A stretch of DNA of 64,000 bases from Spirochaetota bacterium. Lineage in GTDB: Bacteria > Spirochaetota > UBA4802 > UBA5550. Location: positions 3,712,001 through 3,776,000 of the forward strand of contig CAXXHB010000003.1 in the NCBI GenBank assembly GCA_963664815.2. The letters run 5' to 3'. Shown piece by piece: positions 51,523-60,760 of the stretch. The number at the start of each line of letters is the position of its first letter. Within the stretch, counting starts at the first letter, position 1. Below the pieces are notes generated by a model that worked only from the letters and a program-made list of their open reading frames with translations, was not told where the DNA came from and made no database searches. Made by a program: the position numbers and the translations under genes.

Positions 51523-52644
51523 TCAATCCTCTGCTGGTTTATCCAGCATAATCGGATCATACTCTCCACCATTTTCAGCGTCAGTTATCCGATATATATC
51601 CTTATCCACTTTCTTGAATTCTTTAGCAGCTGTATTGTAACTGTTCACCGTTGTGGCGATGTTCTTCCCAAGCCTGTCCATATACTCCTCATAATTATTG
51701 AGATGCTTGTTCAGATCCTTTATTCTGTTTAGAATTATTTTGATGTTCTCTTCAACCTTCTGCTGTTTCAATCCCTGCATCACAGTTTCAAGGTAAGCGT
51801 AAAAAGATGATGGTGATACAATAATCACATGCCTTCCAAAAGCATACTCTATAAGATCCTGAGTACTGACATTAACTGCTCCCACATTATAGATCAGGAG
51901 GTTATAGTAAACTCCCTCGGCCGGGATAAACATAAACGAAAAATCAGTAGTATTTTCTCCATGTTTTATATACTTGGAGGTTTCATCAATTCTGTTTTTA
52001 AGGTCAGCCTTAAACTCCTTCTCAATCTGCGCCCTTACTTCGTTGTTGGTCTCCTGCATCAATCGGTTGTATTTCTCCAGGGAAAATTTTGCATCCACCG
52101 GAATTATTTTATCCCTGTAAAAAATTGCCGCATCAACAATTGTTCCATCGCTGAACTTGTACTGCATTTTATATTGTGCAGGCTGAAGCACATTGCCAAG
52201 AAGCGTCTCAAGGAAATACTCACCGAGTATTCCACGCTGTTTCGGATTTTTCAGTATATTCTCCAGACTCTGCATCTGCTTTGAAAAGTCAAGAACCTGT
52301 TTATTGGTTTCATCAAGCTTTGTAAGACGTTCGGTTACATCTTTTATTATGGCAGCAGATTGACCAAACTGCTTCTGCATATTAACAGTAGTCTCCTGCT
52401 GGCTTCTGCTCATAAGCATTGATATTGAATCGAGTTTCTGCTGCATTTCGAGCCTGCTTTTATGCGTTGTGTCCGAAACTTCCTGCTTAAGTGAGTTTAT
52501 TAGTGCAAGCAGAACCTCGTTGCCCACCGCTGCAGATTCCAGTTTTCTCAGTTTCTGATATGTCATTAAAACAAAAATGAGTACGGGGACCACAAAAAGC
52601 GCTATAATTAAAATAATTAATCCGACAAGCAGTGTACTATTCAT
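51523..52644 (-). CDS. rmuC: DNA recombination protein RmuC
   Basis: N-terminal TM and coiled coil; NPKQRGILGE..LE, VDAKFSL, KYI...TTDF..MFIPAEG, VSPS. Confidence 0.92.
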   Translation of the reverse strand: MNSTLLVGLIILIIALFVVPVLIFVLMTYQKLRKLESAAVGNEVLLALINSLKQEVSDTTHKSRLEMQQKLDSISMLMSRSQQETTVNMQKQFGQSAAIIKDVTERLTKLDETNKQVLDFSKQMQSLENILKNPKQRGILGEYFLETLLGNVLQPAQYKMQYKFSDGTIVDAAIFYRDKIIPVDAKFSLEKYNRLMQETNNEVRAQIEKEFKADLKNRIDETSKYIKHGENTTDFSFMFIPAEGVYYNLLIYNVGAVNVSTQDLIEYAFGRHVIIVSPSSFYAYLETVMQGLKQQKVEENIKIILNRIKDLNKHLNNYEEYMDRLGKNIATTVNSYNTAAKEFKKVDKDIYRITDAENGGEYDPIMLDKPAED

Positions 52645-53323
52645 AAAACCTCTTTCTTAATATTACTGTCACATAAATGCTGATGTATATTAATTCTCAC
52701 GGTCGATTAAACTAAATCTATATTCTGAAATTAAAGAAGCAATTGCCTGAATATTATTTATAAAGTCAGAACTGCACTCCTGGCCCCAATATCAAGAGAA
52801 TTTAAACGATATTTATTCAGTAAAACAGATACATATATGTTTACTATTTATTACCAATGATAATTTTTTACAATTAAAATATTTTTTAAATTGAGGGATC
52901 ACTATGAAGAAACCAGTTCCGTACTTAAACCTGTTATATATATAATTCTGAACATGATTACAGAATTAAAGGATTGTCGGGATTTCCTGCGGATAGAGGT
53001 ATCATACACCAGTGTACTTCACGCTGTGCATCAACAGGTTTATAATCAATATCACGGCAGATTTATGATAAAAGCCAGACTCTCTTTACAGAAAAGTCAA
53101 TTTCACTTCAATTCCGCCTCAAACACGCTGCTGACAGTTAAAAACGCCCGTTTTTCTCTGCCGGTAACGGTATTGAAACGGTATTGAAACGGTTTTTAAC
53201 AGGGTCTTCATACTACTGAAACACCGTTTTGGCAGAAGAGCTACTCTCCTTTACTGCATTTGTATCGTTCTTTCCATATTCTGTTTTGTTATTTTCAGAA
53301 TATGAAAACTATTAGCACCGTAT

Positions 53324-53459
53324 CATTCCGGCCATAGTGATACCGGATACGAGCATTATAAAAACATCCTGTTTCGTGCTTGCAGGCAGCCATCGTGGCT
53401 GCACTGCCGGAATTTCATAATACCTGTTCTATGGGATTCCCGCCTTAGCTGGAATGACG
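53324..53459 (-). repeat. 136-bp REP/MITE-like element, copy 2
   Basis: Reverse complement begins CGTCATTCCAGCTAAGGCGGGAATCC; internal hairpin GCAGCCA/TGGCTGC; ends TCATTCCGGC/GCTGGAATGA are inverted. Confidence 0.85.
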
Positions 53460-53493
53460 ATAAGTGTACTGATTCAATTGTTAACTGATATAA

Positions 53494-55512
53494 TTAATCT
53501 TCATCACTTATATTTGAAAAAATTGAATTTATTGATGATAAAAAGTCATCGTCATAGCGCGGATCTCTGCCCTCCATTAATATTGTCTGCCTCTTAATAA
53601 AAAGACTTGATAACTGTGCTGCTACAAGATCATCCATCTCCTTTATAAGCCGCATTATTTTTTTCGCATCTACATTCATATCAAGTCCTCTTCTGCCGGG
53701 ATCAAAACCCAGCCCGAGAAGAACCAGCATAACAGCTATATGAGTCAGGTTTTCCTTTTCATGTTTTGCCTGCTCAACCTCCTTCATACTTTCAAAAAAA
53801 ATTTTTTCTGAAAGCACAACTCTGCCTGTAAGGGTTTCAATCAGATCCATGGCAAAATCCGGATTGTTGGCAATAAGTATATCGAGGTTATCCTTTGAAG
53901 CTGCCGCAAGTATTGTATCCTCAGCACATATTGCCGATGCATTCCGTATTTTATTAGCACCAAGAGCAGCGAGCTCTCCAAAAAATTCACCTGCCAATGC
54001 GGTGTTTACAGTAATTATATTTTCACCATCAATATTTTTAAAGAATATAATACGCCCTTTTTTTATAAGATAAAACCGGTCACCTGTATCACCCTCCCTG
54101 AAAACGATAGTCCCTGCCGAAAAAAATTCTTCATCTTCGGTCATTACAAGAGGTTTGTAGAAAAATCCTTTTATCGCATCGAAACCGGGAAGCCTCAGCA
54201 GAAATATTGCACCTTTCCAGTAACGAAGAAAATAATATTTTATAAAATAGGCATAAAAACCGTAACTAATAGAATTGAACCTTATAATCGAACCGAAAGC
54301 TTCATGCCTTATCACATGATTCTCCCACATCACTCTTCCGGTCATTATTCCGGATTCAAGATTTCCAAGCCTGAATTTTAGAGAGATCTCTTTACCCAGT
54401 CCCAGGGGTTCCGTAGTCTGAAGAAAGCAGTTTCCGACAGAAATATCATTGGTGGCAAGATACTCCTCAACTGTACCGTTTCTTACAATTTCGACATCAG
54501 ATACAATCGGCAGGCTCAACAGGCTCTTCACAAAAAACATCGGGTTTACCGCGCCTGATATTATAAGCACCAGGGAAATACACAGAGGGAAAAGAACAAA
54601 TACTGCAACGGCTTCCTCTCTGGATAGTACAAGATTATGCGTTACAGAAAGTTCCCTGTAAATGCTCATACCTGTACCGGCCAGTATGATCATTATTATA
54701 ACTGATGTAAATTTAATTATACCGGGATTCCAGTTAAAAAATGAAGCTGGATTTGATTTCAAAATTCCGGTATAACGTTTAACCCACCGGTCGTACCTCG
54801 GTTGTCTGTCCCTTAAACGCCATTCCTCAAAACTGATTCCCATTATTTTCAGTTTTTTTTCAGAAAAAAAAGACTGCGAACGGGCAAGTATTATTTCAAG
54901 AAAAACAACTGAAATAATAAGCACAGGCGCCGCAATATATGAATAACTATCCCCTTTCATCAATGCCGCATCAAACATTCCATGAAACAAAAGTGGAACA
55001 ACAAGCCCCTTAATCCTGAACCAAATTTTTCTCGGATTAGACCATGAAAGCCTGGCAATCCCGATATAAAACCCGGCAATACCGCATGTAGTAATATGCA
55101 GTGGCACCGAAAAAATCATTCTCACATATATAACAGTCTTATTTAGTTCCAGCGCATAAAAAAAGTTTTCAATACAGGAGAACCCAAGTCCGAAAAACAT
55201 TGCAGTTATTATACCTTCGGAGATAGAAAACTCCGGGAACCTACGAAGGAGTATATATACAGCAATTACTGCTCCCCCCTTCTCCGGAAGGCCGGCCATA
55301 ACAAATCCCTTCATAACCGGATTTACAATAAACACATGATCTGCAACAATGCTTCCGGCAAGAAGCAGGAAAAGTGCATAACAGATCCCTGTCAGCAGTG
55401 ATGTAATATACTTTGCCAGGGAAGCGCTTGAAAAAAAATATCTGTTGTAAATTAAACAGAATATTAGAACAGGAATAAACGATATCAATATTTTTTCAAT
55501 TTCCATTATCAA
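53494..55512 (-). CDS. PrsW-family intramembrane protease domain fused to PilZ-like and cyclic-nucleotide-binding domains
   Basis: GLGFSCIEN, VPLH, FHGMFD (PrsW motifs); NDISVGNCF..GRVMW (PilZ-like); IVFREGDTGDRFYLIKKG..GEFFGELA..RNASA (cNMP). Confidence 0.82.
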   Translation of the reverse strand: MIMEIEKILISFIPVLIFCLIYNRYFFSSASLAKYITSLLTGICYALFLLLAGSIVADHVFIVNPVMKGFVMAGLPEKGGAVIAVYILLRRFPEFSISEGIITAMFFGLGFSCIENFFYALELNKTVIYVRMIFSVPLHITTCGIAGFYIGIARLSWSNPRKIWFRIKGLVVPLLFHGMFDAALMKGDSYSYIAAPVLIISVVFLEIILARSQSFFSEKKLKIMGISFEEWRLRDRQPRYDRWVKRYTGILKSNPASFFNWNPGIIKFTSVIIMIILAGTGMSIYRELSVTHNLVLSREEAVAVFVLFPLCISLVLIISGAVNPMFFVKSLLSLPIVSDVEIVRNGTVEEYLATNDISVGNCFLQTTEPLGLGKEISLKFRLGNLESGIMTGRVMWENHVIRHEAFGSIIRFNSISYGFYAYFIKYYFLRYWKGAIFLLRLPGFDAIKGFFYKPLVMTEDEEFFSAGTIVFREGDTGDRFYLIKKGRIIFFKNIDGENIITVNTALAGEFFGELAALGANKIRNASAICAEDTILAAASKDNLDILIANNPDFAMDLIETLTGRVVLSEKIFFESMKEVEQAKHEKENLTHIAVMLVLLGLGFDPGRRGLDMNVDAKKIMRLIKEMDDLVAAQLSSLFIKRQTILMEGRDPRYDDDFLSSINSIFSNISDED

Positions 55513-56014
55513 CCGGTGTTATTATATTTGAATATTATACAAAAATGGCCAGCTTATAAAAATAATTGCAGGCATCGTCTGCAATTCTGAATTTCCGGTC
55601 TGATAAACCCTTGCCGTCAATTATCCATTATAATTAAAATCGGCCTGTTTATTCATGCCGATAAAGATTTTTCAAAGAGCCTGTAAATTATTCTTTTCCT
55701 TACTGATTCAGCAACCTCTGCTCCACAATCTTTCGAAGAATTATACATTAATTATTTTTAAATCCATGCTGTAATTCATAAAAAAGGAGTGGCATACTGA
55801 AAATACGCTGTAATATGACACACTCGCTAAAAAATAAGCATACAGTGATACTTGAATTAATATATAAAGAATTCTTTATAGAACAAGCAGAGTGTTAAAT
55901 AATTCTGTACTCATCTCAAAGTCAGAGTAATTATATAAAAATGAATTGCATGTATTCCCATGACATGATCTGTTATATGAATTTTATAAAATATAATCAG
56001 TTTTCCGGATAAAA

Positions 56015-56941
56015 ATGTTCAATACTATTGCCATATGCGGCCCTACTGCAAGCGGTAAAACTTCACTCGCAGTCAAACTTGCCTTCAAATACAACGGGGA
56101 GATAATCTCCGGTGATTCACGCCAGGTTTTCCGCGGCATGGATATAGGGACAGGTAAAGATCTCAACGAGTATCATACTCCGCTTGGGAATGTGAAACAC
56201 CACCTCATAGATATTGCCGATCCGATGGAGGATTATAACCTCTACCGGTACATCTCGGATTTTAAAAAATCATTCAATTCAATTACAGCAAACGGTAAGT
56301 TGCCGATACTTACCGGCGGATCAGGTCTTTACATTGAGGGGGCTCTTAAAAATTACATATTATCTTCTGCGCCGGAAGACCCGTCTCTGAGAGATTCTCT
56401 CAGAATGAAATCAAAAGACGAATTGCTGGATATGCTTAAATCGGAATCCTCTGAAATTCTGGAACAGACCGATATTTCAAGCACAAGAAGAATAATAAGA
56501 GGAATAGAAATCGCACGATTTACCAGTAATAATCCGGAATCAATGATACAAGATACAGGTAATAAAATAATCCCTCTGATCATCGGACTAAAACTGCCAC
56601 GGGATGAACTTATAAAGCGGATTGATTCAAGACTCATCGAACGCCTTCAGAAAGGAATGATTGATGAAGTAAAAACCCTTCTTGAAAGTAGTGTAACATA
56701 TGAAAGGCTTATACAGCTCGGTCTTGAATACAGGTACTGTGCCATGTATCTTAAAAATGAAATATCATTCACCGATATGGTTAATAAACTTAAAACTGAA
56801 ATACATAAATTTTCGAAAAGGCAGATGACCTGGCTGCGCGGGATGGAAAGGAGAGGATTAATCATTCACTGGATAAACGGGAACAATGTTCACGAAGCTG
56901 AACAAATAATTAAAACTTCCGGAAAAGACCAGTTTTTTTAG
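56015..56941 (+). CDS. miaA: tRNA dimethylallyltransferase
   Basis: GPTASGKT, DSRQVFRGMDIGT, HHLID, GGSGLY, KRQMTW. Confidence 0.96.
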   Translation: MFNTIAICGPTASGKTSLAVKLAFKYNGEIISGDSRQVFRGMDIGTGKDLNEYHTPLGNVKHHLIDIADPMEDYNLYRYISDFKKSFNSITANGKLPILTGGSGLYIEGALKNYILSSAPEDPSLRDSLRMKSKDELLDMLKSESSEILEQTDISSTRRIIRGIEIARFTSNNPESMIQDTGNKIIPLIIGLKLPRDELIKRIDSRLIERLQKGMIDEVKTLLESSVTYERLIQLGLEYRYCAMYLKNEISFTDMVNKLKTEIHKFSKRQMTWLRGMERRGLIIHWINGNNVHEAEQIIKTSGKDQFF

Positions 56942-57019
56942 AATAAAATACATTGCTGATCTACCTTATTATAAATTTCAACTATGCAGTTGTGTTTTTA
57001 AAAAATATATAAACTTATA

Positions 57020-57048
57020 TTGACACAGCATGCCCTTATTCCGATAAT
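57020..57048 (+). promoter_or_regulatory. sigma-70-type promoter for mtaB
   Basis: TTGACA-N17-GATAAT. Confidence 0.6.
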
Positions 57049-57137
57049 CACGCCTGAATATATAGTTTCACACCAGTTGCCGATGGCGTGAAAGTGGATC
57101 CATTTTAAATTACGAAAAATTAAACTTAGAATCTGTA

Positions 57138-58385
57138 ATGAAAATTAAAATTATATCTTTAGGTTGCAGGCTTAACCAGTCAGAAATTGAAAGTGTCTCA
57201 ACTACACTTCAGAATTCCGGCCATGAAATCACACGCAGTGATAACGCTGATATATATATAATTAATTCCTGCGCCGTCACAATAAGGAGTGAAAGAAAAA
57301 CCAGGCAGCTTATTTATCAGGCGTTGGCAAAAACAGGTTACAGCGGTAAAGAAAAAATAATAGTTACAGGATGCGCTCCGGAGGATATCATTGGCGATAC
57401 ACGGATAACATATCTTTCAAATGATCATAAATATATGATCCCGGAAATAGTTGAAAAAGCGGGAGCATCCGTATCTGTGATTCAGGCGTCACGTTTTAAA
57501 TTTGATACACCATTAAAAAGCTCTACTAACAGGGTAAACCTTAAAATCCAGGACGGATGTGACAATTTCTGTTCATACTGCATAATACCTTTTACAAGAG
57601 GTATTCCAGTGAGCAAACCCTTAACATCCGTTATGAAAGAATTCAGGGAGCTCCTTGACAACGGCTTCAAAGAGATAATACTCACCGGTGTTAATATCGG
57701 GAAGTATTCTGACGGGAATGCCGATCTGGCAAAGCTTGCCGAAAGTATACTGGCACTGAATGGTGAATTCCGGCTGCACCTCACATCACTCGATCCGGAC
57801 AATGCTCCTGAAAGGCTTCTATCTCTTTTCAGCGAAAACAGGATGGTTAAACACCTCCATCTTTCACTTCAAAGCGGAAGCGATGCAGTTCTCACAAGAA
57901 TGAACAGGCCGTATAACAGGAAAACATATATTAAAGTTTCAGAATACCTTAAACATATTGACAATAATTTTAACTTTACGACGGATATTATTGTCGGATT
58001 CCCGGGCGAAACAGAAAGTGAATTCAACGAAACCCTCTCAATTGTTAAGGAAGTGGGATTTTCTCATATACACACATTCCGCTATTCACCACGCCCCGGA
58101 ACAATGGCTGCTGAAATGGAAAACATTATACATGAAAGCATAAAAACAGAAAGGAGCCGTACGTTGATAGAACTGCTTAATAAACAGAAAGCAGATTATT
58201 ATAAAAATTTTTCGGGGAAAAAGGGTATCTTCCTCAGTGAAAAGTTTTATAAAGGCGTTACAACAGGTTTTAATGAACATTATATCCCCGTGGAAATTCA
58301 TGAAAAACTTGAAAAAAACTGTTTCTTTAAAATAGACACAGTTTATAATGAAGCATCAAATCTTCTCACAGGAACTCTGATTTAA
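57138..58385 (+). CDS. mtaB: tRNA t6A methylthiotransferase (radical SAM)
   Basis: LGCRLNQSE, INSCAVT, VTGC, LKIQDGCDNFCSYCIIP, LTGVNIG, HLSLQSG, DIIVGFPGE, YSPRPGT. Confidence 0.92.
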   Translation: MKIKIISLGCRLNQSEIESVSTTLQNSGHEITRSDNADIYIINSCAVTIRSERKTRQLIYQALAKTGYSGKEKIIVTGCAPEDIIGDTRITYLSNDHKYMIPEIVEKAGASVSVIQASRFKFDTPLKSSTNRVNLKIQDGCDNFCSYCIIPFTRGIPVSKPLTSVMKEFRELLDNGFKEIILTGVNIGKYSDGNADLAKLAESILALNGEFRLHLTSLDPDNAPERLLSLFSENRMVKHLHLSLQSGSDAVLTRMNRPYNRKTYIKVSEYLKHIDNNFNFTTDIIVGFPGETESEFNETLSIVKEVGFSHIHTFRYSPRPGTMAAEMENIIHESIKTERSRTLIELLNKQKADYYKNFSGKKGIFLSEKFYKGVTTGFNEHYIPVEIHEKLEKNCFFKIDTVYNEASNLLTGTLI

Positions 58386-58447
58386 ACATAACGATACGTA
58401 TACGATCTCTTAAAGTCAGACAACACATTCTCTGGAGGATTATATTA

Positions 58448-58876
58448 ATGAAACTTACTCTGATTATTATCATTGCATTTATTGTTTGGTTCAGTTCTTT
58501 ATGGGTAGCAGTTTTATCAATAATGTCAATTATTGGAGGCTGGAACAAACTCTATAGAATCTACCCGTTATCATTAAACGAGGTGACACATGATCTGGTA
58601 AAATATTCCATGTGCAGCCTGAAAATCGGGCTTATTAATTATAATGCCTGTGCCAAAATATCCTTTACCGGCAGAGGGTTTATCCTTGAGATGATGAAAA
58701 TCTTTACTGTCATGCATAAACCTCTTTTCATTCCCTACGAAATGATATCCGATGCAAAAAGAGGTAAAATCTTTTTTTCAACTTACACAAGTTTTACTAT
58801 TGAGAATAAAACAATTGTGATTTTCGGGAAAGCCGGCGACGAACTCCATACAAGAATATCAGGTTTAAACTGCTGA
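58448..58876 (+). CDS. hypothetical protein with N-terminal TM helix
   Basis: RBS GGAGG; hydrophobic N terminus, GGW..L...YP and PLFIPY..I motifs; fills the gap between flanking genes. Confidence 0.7.
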   Translation: MKLTLIIIIAFIVWFSSLWVAVLSIMSIIGGWNKLYRIYPLSLNEVTHDLVKYSMCSLKIGLINYNACAKISFTGRGFILEMMKIFTVMHKPLFIPYEMISDAKRGKIFFSTYTSFTIENKTIVIFGKAGDELHTRISGLNC

Positions 58877-58924
58877 TAAATAAAACCGATAAAGAAGAGT
58901 CCGGCACAATTATCGGATTAATTT

Positions 58925-60124
58925 CTAATCCGGCAGACCATGTATTATTTTACTACTGATAAAATCCTTCACTTCATCATAAGTATAACCTGCATCAATG
59001 AGTATTTTAACTGAATCGCTCCCGATATCAGGAAATTCCAGTTTTATTTCACAGGGAGTCTCCGACAGTTTAACAGGATTGCCTACAACGAAAAGGTCCT
59101 CCCCGCTTTCTCGGAAGTTCATAACTTTTATAAGCATCTCCCTGGCCAGAACCTGTTCATGTCTGGAAACTTCGTTAAGATCGAGCACTGGTGTAAAACA
59201 GATATCCGAGTCTGCGAAAAAATCAACCCATTCATCCCTCGACTTCCCCAGCATAACCGCGTTTATATCTTCAATCATTTCATCCTGCTTTGAAATATCA
59301 TACTGAAAAGCTGTATAATTGTCACGACCAATTTTTTTACAGAATCCTTCCCAGAACTTTGACTCCAGCGCGCCGAGCCCCACATATTTTCCATCACGAC
59401 ATTTGTATGTATTATACATGGCAAACCCACCAGTAAGGAACTCCCTTCCTGCCAGAGGCTGGCTCTTGTTACCGCACCATTCACCAATAGTGAAGGAGAA
59501 CAAGCTCAGGGCACCGTCCATCATGGCAACATCACAGGATTGCCCTCTTCCGCTTCTGCTTCTCTGAAAAAGTGCAAGCATTATGCCGATAACTGCGAAA
59601 AGACTCCCTCCGGCAACATCGGCTATCTGAATCGATGAAATAACCGGAGTTCCGTCTCTCCCCGCATTTAGTGCGGATAAACCCGCAGTATTAAGATAAT
59701 TTATATCATGTCCAGCCCTGTTGATCCATGGACCGCTGAGGCCATAACCGGTTAGTGAGCAGTAAATAAGCCTTTCATTATCCCGCTTCAGAGAATTATA
59801 TCCAAACCCCATTCTATCCATAACCCCCGGCCTGAACTGTTCAATGAGGATGTCAGTGCCTGATGCAAGTTTCTTTACAATTTCCCTACCTTTATCACTT
59901 TTCAGATCCACGGCTAAACTTTTCTTGTTTCTGTTGACTGCACAGAATCTTGTGCCTATACTTCCCAAAAAGGGGGGGGCGTAACGTCCCAGCTCACCAC
60001 TTATCTCTTCAACTTTGATTACTTCAGCGCCAAAATCTGCCAGAATCTGTGTTGCGAAAGGACCTGGCAGGTATTTTGTGAGATCAAGCACTTTAATTCC
60101 ATACAGTGGTTTATCCATTACCAA
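58925..60124 (-). CDS. CaiB/BaiF family III CoA-transferase
   Basis: PLYGIKVLDLT..LPGP....LADFGAEVIKVE, NRNKKSL..DLK, FRPGVM, GHDINY, IADVAGG. Confidence 0.93.
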   Translation of the reverse strand: MVMDKPLYGIKVLDLTKYLPGPFATQILADFGAEVIKVEEISGELGRYAPPFLGSIGTRFCAVNRNKKSLAVDLKSDKGREIVKKLASGTDILIEQFRPGVMDRMGFGYNSLKRDNERLIYCSLTGYGLSGPWINRAGHDINYLNTAGLSALNAGRDGTPVISSIQIADVAGGSLFAVIGIMLALFQRSRSGRGQSCDVAMMDGALSLFSFTIGEWCGNKSQPLAGREFLTGGFAMYNTYKCRDGKYVGLGALESKFWEGFCKKIGRDNYTAFQYDISKQDEMIEDINAVMLGKSRDEWVDFFADSDICFTPVLDLNEVSRHEQVLAREMLIKVMNFRESGEDLFVVGNPVKLSETPCEIKLEFPDIGSDSVKILIDAGYTYDEVKDFISSKIIHGLPD

Positions 60125-60403
60125 CCCTCCCGTAAATAATAAATGTCAATAAATCTTCTCTATAATAAAACATCACAAATTTACAATAAGTATCCACAAA
60201 AAAACACTCCATTGCATTGTTTTTCACGTTCCCTGTAAAAAATTATGGTAAAATTCCAGAACAGATGGTTATGTATTCATAATCAATACAATACAATCAT
60301 TATCTGAAAAATTCAATTGCTGCTCTGGCTCTTAAACATTTCCTGTCTAAAAAAATTAATACCTCACCCCGGTTGTTACTTTGTATAATTCTGCAAAAAT
60401 GAA

Positions 60404-60431
60404 TTGACATAAACAAACAGTATTTTACAAT
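60404..60431 (+). promoter_or_regulatory. sigma-70-type promoter for the arsR-like gene pair
   Basis: TTGACA-N16-TACAAT. Confidence 0.55.
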
Positions 60432-60472
60432 TTATATAAATACTTAAACTCTCTAATTCAAGGGATCAAATA

Positions 60473-60760
60473 ATGTTATTTTCAGAATGCCAGATAGACA
60501 CAGCTACTGAGATTTTAAAATCTATTGCACACCCCATCAGACTTAAAATTCTCTGTTTTCTTCTGGAAGGTGAAAAAAATGTCGGCGAAATAGAACAGAA
60601 ATTCGGATCAACAATATCCAATATATCACAGCATTTAACAGTACTGAGAAAAGCCGATATAATCCTGCGAAGAAAAGATGCAAATTTTATGTACTACTCG
60701 CTTAAAGACATCAACATAGTAACACTCATGAACACTATTAAAAATCTCTTCTGCGAATAA
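60473..60760 (+). CDS. ArsR/SmtB family transcriptional regulator
   Basis: LKSIAHPIRLKIL..L..GEKNVGEI....SNISQHL..LR; Cys near both termini (SEC, FCE). Confidence 0.92.
   Translation: MLFSECQIDTATEILKSIAHPIRLKILCFLLEGEKNVGEIEQKFGSTISNISQHLTVLRKADIILRRKDANFMYYSLKDINIVTLMNTIKNLFCE

Noticed and set aside
52891-53187. 98-aa ORF in the rmuC-PrsW intergenic gap
   Set aside because: TTG start without an RBS, no recognisable motif, and it runs into the tandem repeat; probably spurious.
53166-53193. GTATTGAAAC repeats resembling the 3' end of CRISPR repeats
   Set aside because: The period is only 11 bp, there are no spacers, and there are no cas genes in the window.
57066-57093. Hairpin in the mtaB leader as a SAM or other riboswitch
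   Set aside because: A single small stem with no known aptamer consensus.
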